Shown here: positions 60,489 to 64,000 of the stretch, piece after piece
How positions within the stretch are numbered: position 1 is the first letter of the stretch
Layout: every line of letters begins with the position of its first letter
NCBI GenBank assembly: GCA_963826235.1
Contig: CAWGWE010000002.1
Coordinates: 626,399 to 690,398 of the forward strand
Source: Pyrinomonadaceae bacterium
GTDB taxonomy: Bacteria > Acidobacteriota > Blastocatellia > Pyrinomonadales > Pyrinomonadaceae
Direction of reading: 5' to 3'
DNA: 64,000 nt
Notes under the pieces: model-generated
What the model was told of the DNA's origin: nothing
What the model saw: the letters and a program-made list of their open reading frames with translations, nothing else
The model's database searches: none
Made by a program: the position numbers and the translations under genes

Positions 60489-62669
60489 ATGAAAAGATTT
60501 TCGCTCGCGATCACGCTCGCACTATTGTTGAGCATTACCTTTTGTGCCCAGCCCGCCGTTTTGGCGCAAGTCGCCAATCCCACTAACGGAAGTTATCAGG
60601 GAGGGGGAAAGTACGAGAAACAGATTCGGCTCTTCGAAGAGTTTGCCCGGAAACAAATGAGTCTCGACAAAACGGTCGGGCTGACCATTGGGTTCATGAA
60701 GGATGACTTTGTGTGGGTGAAAGGTTATGGCTACGCCGACCTCGAGAATAAGTCGCCGGCCAAGCCTGAATCGGCTTACCGCCTCGCTTCAGTGACAAAG
60801 CCTATGACTGCATTTGCTGTCCTGCAGCTAGTCGAAAAAGGAAAGATCGATCTCGATGCCGAAGTTCAAACCTACGTGCCTTACTTTCCGAAGAAGCAGT
60901 GGCCCGTCACCGTCCGTCAGGTGCTGGGACATCTCGGAGGCATCAGCCACTACAAAAATCCTACCAACGAGTTGCACATCAAAGAGCGGCGCTCGACGCG
61001 TGAATCGATTGCGATCTTTGAAAATTTTGATCTCGTAGCGGAACCGGGCACGCGCTACAGCTATTCGAGCTACGGCTACAACCTGCTGGGCGCGATCATC
61101 GAAGCCGCGAGCGGCATGTCGTATGGCGAATACATGCGCCAAAACATTTGGCAGCCACTCGGCATGATGAACACGCGCATGGATGATCCTCTCGACGTAA
61201 TTCCGAATCGCGTGCGCGGGTATCAACTTCTAAACGGGCAAGTGAAGAATTCGGAGTTCATCGATATCAGTAGTCGCTTCGCCGCAGGCGGCACGCGTTC
61301 CACCATTCCTGATCTGCTTAAGTTTGCGAAGGGAGTCATGGAAGGGAAATTACTAAAGCCTGACATGATGAACGTAATGGCGACCTCCATGAGCACGCGC
61401 GCTGGTCGTCTGACGAACTATGGTTTGGGATGGGAGACGACGCCCTACAACGGACGCTACATGCTGGTGCACTCCGGCGGGCAACAAGAGACGCGCACGT
61501 TGCTCTATATCCTTCCGGCCCGGAAAATGGCCCTCGCAGTTGGTGTCAATTTTGAAGGTTCAAATCCCGGTGTTTACCTTGATCGACTCTTTCAACTCGT
61601 GAGCGGCGCGCCGCTTGTATTAAACGTTTACTCCCCTGACAAAGCGAAAGCTGCCGCTGCGGAGGCGATCAAAGCAACTTTTGATTTCGGCCTGTCTGAT
61701 TTTGAGCGTACGCAAAAATCATTGCCTGCGGGTGATAAAGAACTGGTCGAGGCGTTTGCCGCTTTCAACAGTTTGGTCAATCCTGAAACGCTCAAAGCGC
61801 CTGATACCTTAACGAAGATACGTCAGGGTGCACATCCAGCTGCGAAACAGGCTTTCACAAAAATCGGCGCCTTCATGGCCCAGCAGCTGTGGGATAAGAA
61901 AGGCGCATCCGGTCTCGAACAGTACGCCGCACAGGGTGGCCTCGCATTTTTCCAGGACTACATCACGCTTTCCAAGTCTGGCTCTGCGATACCGAAAGAG
62001 CTCCAGTTTAATGAGCCGTTTGCGGCGCTTGTCACGGAAATGGCCCGCGACTGGAACAAGTCAAACACGGATTATGTGAGGCAGTTTTGGCTGACGCCTG
62101 ACGCTGACATCGAAGCGGTCGCTAAAACTTTGCGGCAGAGTTTCGCTGGGGCCTCTGTTTACCCCAACCTGGTTGATGATTTTTTTAATGTGACGCGGCA
62201 GGCTGTGTTGAGTAAAGATAGCGCCCGGGCCCTGAAGACAAGTCAACTGGCAGTTGAGCTATATCCTGAATCGTCTGGAGCGAATTTCATCGAAGGCATT
62301 TCCTGGTTAGTGAACAAGGACTCAGCCCGCGGAGCTGCTGCACTCAAGAAGGCGGCGACGCTCAACCCAACGCCGGGCGGACCAGCAAGCGCTGGCGGTT
62401 TGAACAACATCGCCTATCAGCTCGCCGGAGTGGGAATGGTAGACGAGGCGATGGCAATTCTGCAGACCGCGATCGAGATGTATCCGCAGGAAGCAAATCT
62501 CTACGACAGTCTGGGCGAGTTTCAACTGAAGAAGGGTGATAAGGCGAAGGCGCTCGCTTCTTATCAAAAGGCGCTCGCGACTAACCCTGAGTTCGGCAAT
62601 GCGGCGGCAGCAAAAGAGATCGTGAAGAAGCTAACTGAGGAACTTGCTGCGAATCCAAGTACACCTTAA
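60489..62669 (+). CDS. Serine hydrolase (class C beta-lactamase/PBP-like) with C-terminal helical and TPR region
   Basis: ORF 60477..62669 trimmed to ATG 60489 (GGAGG RBS). It has a signal peptide and the active-site motif 'ASVTKPMTA' (SxxK). The C-terminal ~330 aa are helical with TPR-like repeats ('MYPQEANLYDSLGEFQLKKGDKAKALASYQKALATNP'). Confidence 0.75.
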   Translation: MKRFSLAITLALLLSITFCAQPAVLAQVANPTNGSYQGGGKYEKQIRLFEEFARKQMSLDKTVGLTIGFMKDDFVWVKGYGYADLENKSPAKPESAYRLASVTKPMTAFAVLQLVEKGKIDLDAEVQTYVPYFPKKQWPVTVRQVLGHLGGISHYKNPTNELHIKERRSTRESIAIFENFDLVAEPGTRYSYSSYGYNLLGAIIEAASGMSYGEYMRQNIWQPLGMMNTRMDDPLDVIPNRVRGYQLLNGQVKNSEFIDISSRFAAGGTRSTIPDLLKFAKGVMEGKLLKPDMMNVMATSMSTRAGRLTNYGLGWETTPYNGRYMLVHSGGQQETRTLLYILPARKMALAVGVNFEGSNPGVYLDRLFQLVSGAPLVLNVYSPDKAKAAAAEAIKATFDFGLSDFERTQKSLPAGDKELVEAFAAFNSLVNPETLKAPDTLTKIRQGAHPAAKQAFTKIGAFMAQQLWDKKGASGLEQYAAQGGLAFFQDYITLSKSGSAIPKELQFNEPFAALVTEMARDWNKSNTDYVRQFWLTPDADIEAVAKTLRQSFAGASVYPNLVDDFFNVTRQAVLSKDSARALKTSQLAVELYPESSGANFIEGISWLVNKDSARGAAALKKAATLNPTPGGPASAGGLNNIAYQLAGVGMVDEAMAILQTAIEMYPQEANLYDSLGEFQLKKGDKAKALASYQKALATNPEFGNAAAAKEIVKKLTEELAANPSTP

Positions 62670-62701
62670 CTTCCAATGTCCAATGTCCGAATGTCCAATG
62701 C
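62670..62701. repeat. CCAATGTC octamer run (GGACATT family), unpaired
   Basis: The run 'cttccaatgtccaatgtccgaatgtccaatgc' lies immediately after the serine-hydrolase stop codon. Confidence 0.8.
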
Positions 62702-62803
62702 TGTGTTCGGTGCTGGGCTTTGCCCTTGTATTCAACTCTATTGAGTTTGCGGTTTGGGAGGGGGCTTGCTCCCGCCTCATGTGCCTGCATTGTTTCAGCG
62801 CGT

Positions 62804-63901
62804 TCACGGACAGTGGGCGTAAGGCGGTGGTCCTCCAGGAAGCAGCGAACGATTCAGTAGTCGCAGTCGATAAAAATTTAGCCGGTCATTTGTTAGCGCG
62901 TAGGTTACGTCCGTTTGAGCCGGCCGCATGTACAGAGACGCCGGTGAGTCTGTAAGAGTCGCGGCGGGATCCCCTTGCACGCCTTTCCAGGTTGCCTTGG
63001 AGACTGGTCCTGTAAAGAGCGACGGATCGATTACTTGCTCACTGTGACAAAAGAACCACTTTCTAACGCAAATCGTCGGCGCCACGTGCCATCCCCAATC
63101 TACAAAACAATTTGGATTGTTCCTGGTAAGCGTGTGGAGCCAGCCATCGATCCAAACTTTTTCGCAGTGCACTCCCTCGGCAATCATCAATCGGCACATC
63201 TCATGGGCCCGGGCCCAGCAGCCGTCATCGGGATAGAGGAAGGGAATGCACGGCGGCGGAATAGCAATTGGGTGACACGTTGTGGCCGCGCACATGTCAA
63301 ACATTCGTTTGGCCCGTTTCACTGAAACACACCGAAACAGACAGTAGAACCAGTGCCAAAATCCCCGCCTCCTGAGTTGAGTAGGGGGACCGGGCTCGCC
63401 GCCAGTCCCGCGTGGCAGCTCACCTGTGTAGCGACGCACATCGATGATTTCGTGTGAGTCTGTTTCCGTAACAATCTGCCAACTCTTCTCACCAATGGCG
63501 GCCTTCAAAGTTTCCTGCAATTGATTGAAATCCGGGCTGTCACGTCTCAGAACCAGGCGAGCGTGAGACATGCTCAGCGACACTTCCACATCGCCGCTCG
63601 AACTTTCCCTCATATCCAGTATCTGACTCACTAGCGGAATGAGGAGCAGGACGATTCCCCGGTTGGCGGGGTCGATTTCCAGGTATACAGGTGAGCGCAT
63701 CTGGCGCAACTTCTCAAGGATCTCGAGCAGTCCTGGTGCGCGTTCGCTTGGGTATAAGCGAACCGATTGCTCATCACCACGCTCGCCGGTGATCTGGATC
63801 GAAAAGCCATCCGGTGAAACGCGAAACATCTCAGCCCCAGACTTTTCAACTGGTGGATCGATGCGGGAAATCAGGCCAACAATGGCATTTGGATTTGGCA
63901 T
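62804..63901 (-). CDS. Protein-glutamine glutaminase-like cysteine deamidase with unknown N-terminal domain, no signal peptide
   Basis: 365 aa. The C-terminal half parallels Chryseobacterium protein-glutaminase from memory. 'CIPFLYPDDGCWARAHEMCRLM' aligns with 'CITFRYPVDGCYARAHKMRQIL'. 'VDWGWHVAP' aligns with 'VAWSYHVAI'. 'VIDPSLFTGPVSKATW' aligns with 'IIDPSLFSSGPVTDTAW'. The Cys/His/Asp triad positions are kept. Confidence 0.7.
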   Translation of the reverse strand: MPNPNAIVGLISRIDPPVEKSGAEMFRVSPDGFSIQITGERGDEQSVRLYPSERAPGLLEILEKLRQMRSPVYLEIDPANRGIVLLLIPLVSQILDMRESSSGDVEVSLSMSHARLVLRRDSPDFNQLQETLKAAIGEKSWQIVTETDSHEIIDVRRYTGELPRGTGGEPGPPTQLRRRGFWHWFYCLFRCVSVKRAKRMFDMCAATTCHPIAIPPPCIPFLYPDDGCWARAHEMCRLMIAEGVHCEKVWIDGWLHTLTRNNPNCFVDWGWHVAPTICVRKWFFCHSEQVIDPSLFTGPVSKATWKGVQGDPAATLTDSPASLYMRPAQTDVTYALTNDRLNFYRLRLLNRSLLPGGPPPYAHCP

Positions 63902-64000
63902 TGAGTTTTCCTTTCTGACCTGGTCAGGACTAGTGCCGGAAACGAGAACGCGAGGTTAGCAAAAATGAATCGCGAGGCGTGTCGGGACCTATTATTGGTA

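Overview
The window is a 64-kb chromosomal segment carrying about 58 protein genes. I recognised no rRNA, tRNA, CRISPR array, transposase or integrase. The gene content is housekeeping plus envelope and redox functions. It includes atpDC, pfkA, greA, pdxJ, accC with a BCCP gene, a methylmalonyl-CoA mutase large subunit, bshA and bshB1, msrA, a MacA/MacB-type efflux operon with four tandem permease paralogs, a VWFA-type secreted protein, and an FHA/Ser-Thr kinase/PP2C signalling cluster. By inference only, this fits a soil Acidobacteriota-like organism. Four things stand out. (1) About 23 intergenic spacers are filled with low-complexity runs of degenerate 7-8-nt tandem units. The runs fall into at least ten recurring sequence families. 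Most are arranged as long imperfect, often nested, inverted repeats, and some run into ORF termini. (2) The selenocysteine trait is visible: selB is present, and two adjacent genes have in-frame TGA codons exactly at known Cys/Sec positions (an AhpE-like peroxiredoxin and a short GrdB-family protein). (3) At least seven otherwise well-conserved genes are broken by single-base frame changes. At least five of the eight frame changes lie in short homopolymers, so sequence indel errors are more likely than real pseudogenes. (4) Near the right end are two unusual enzymes: a divergent SelO-like pseudokinase-fold protein and a leaderless protein-glutaminase-like cysteine deamidase with an unknown N-terminal domain. 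All functional calls come from motif recognition by eye, and no database search was possible.
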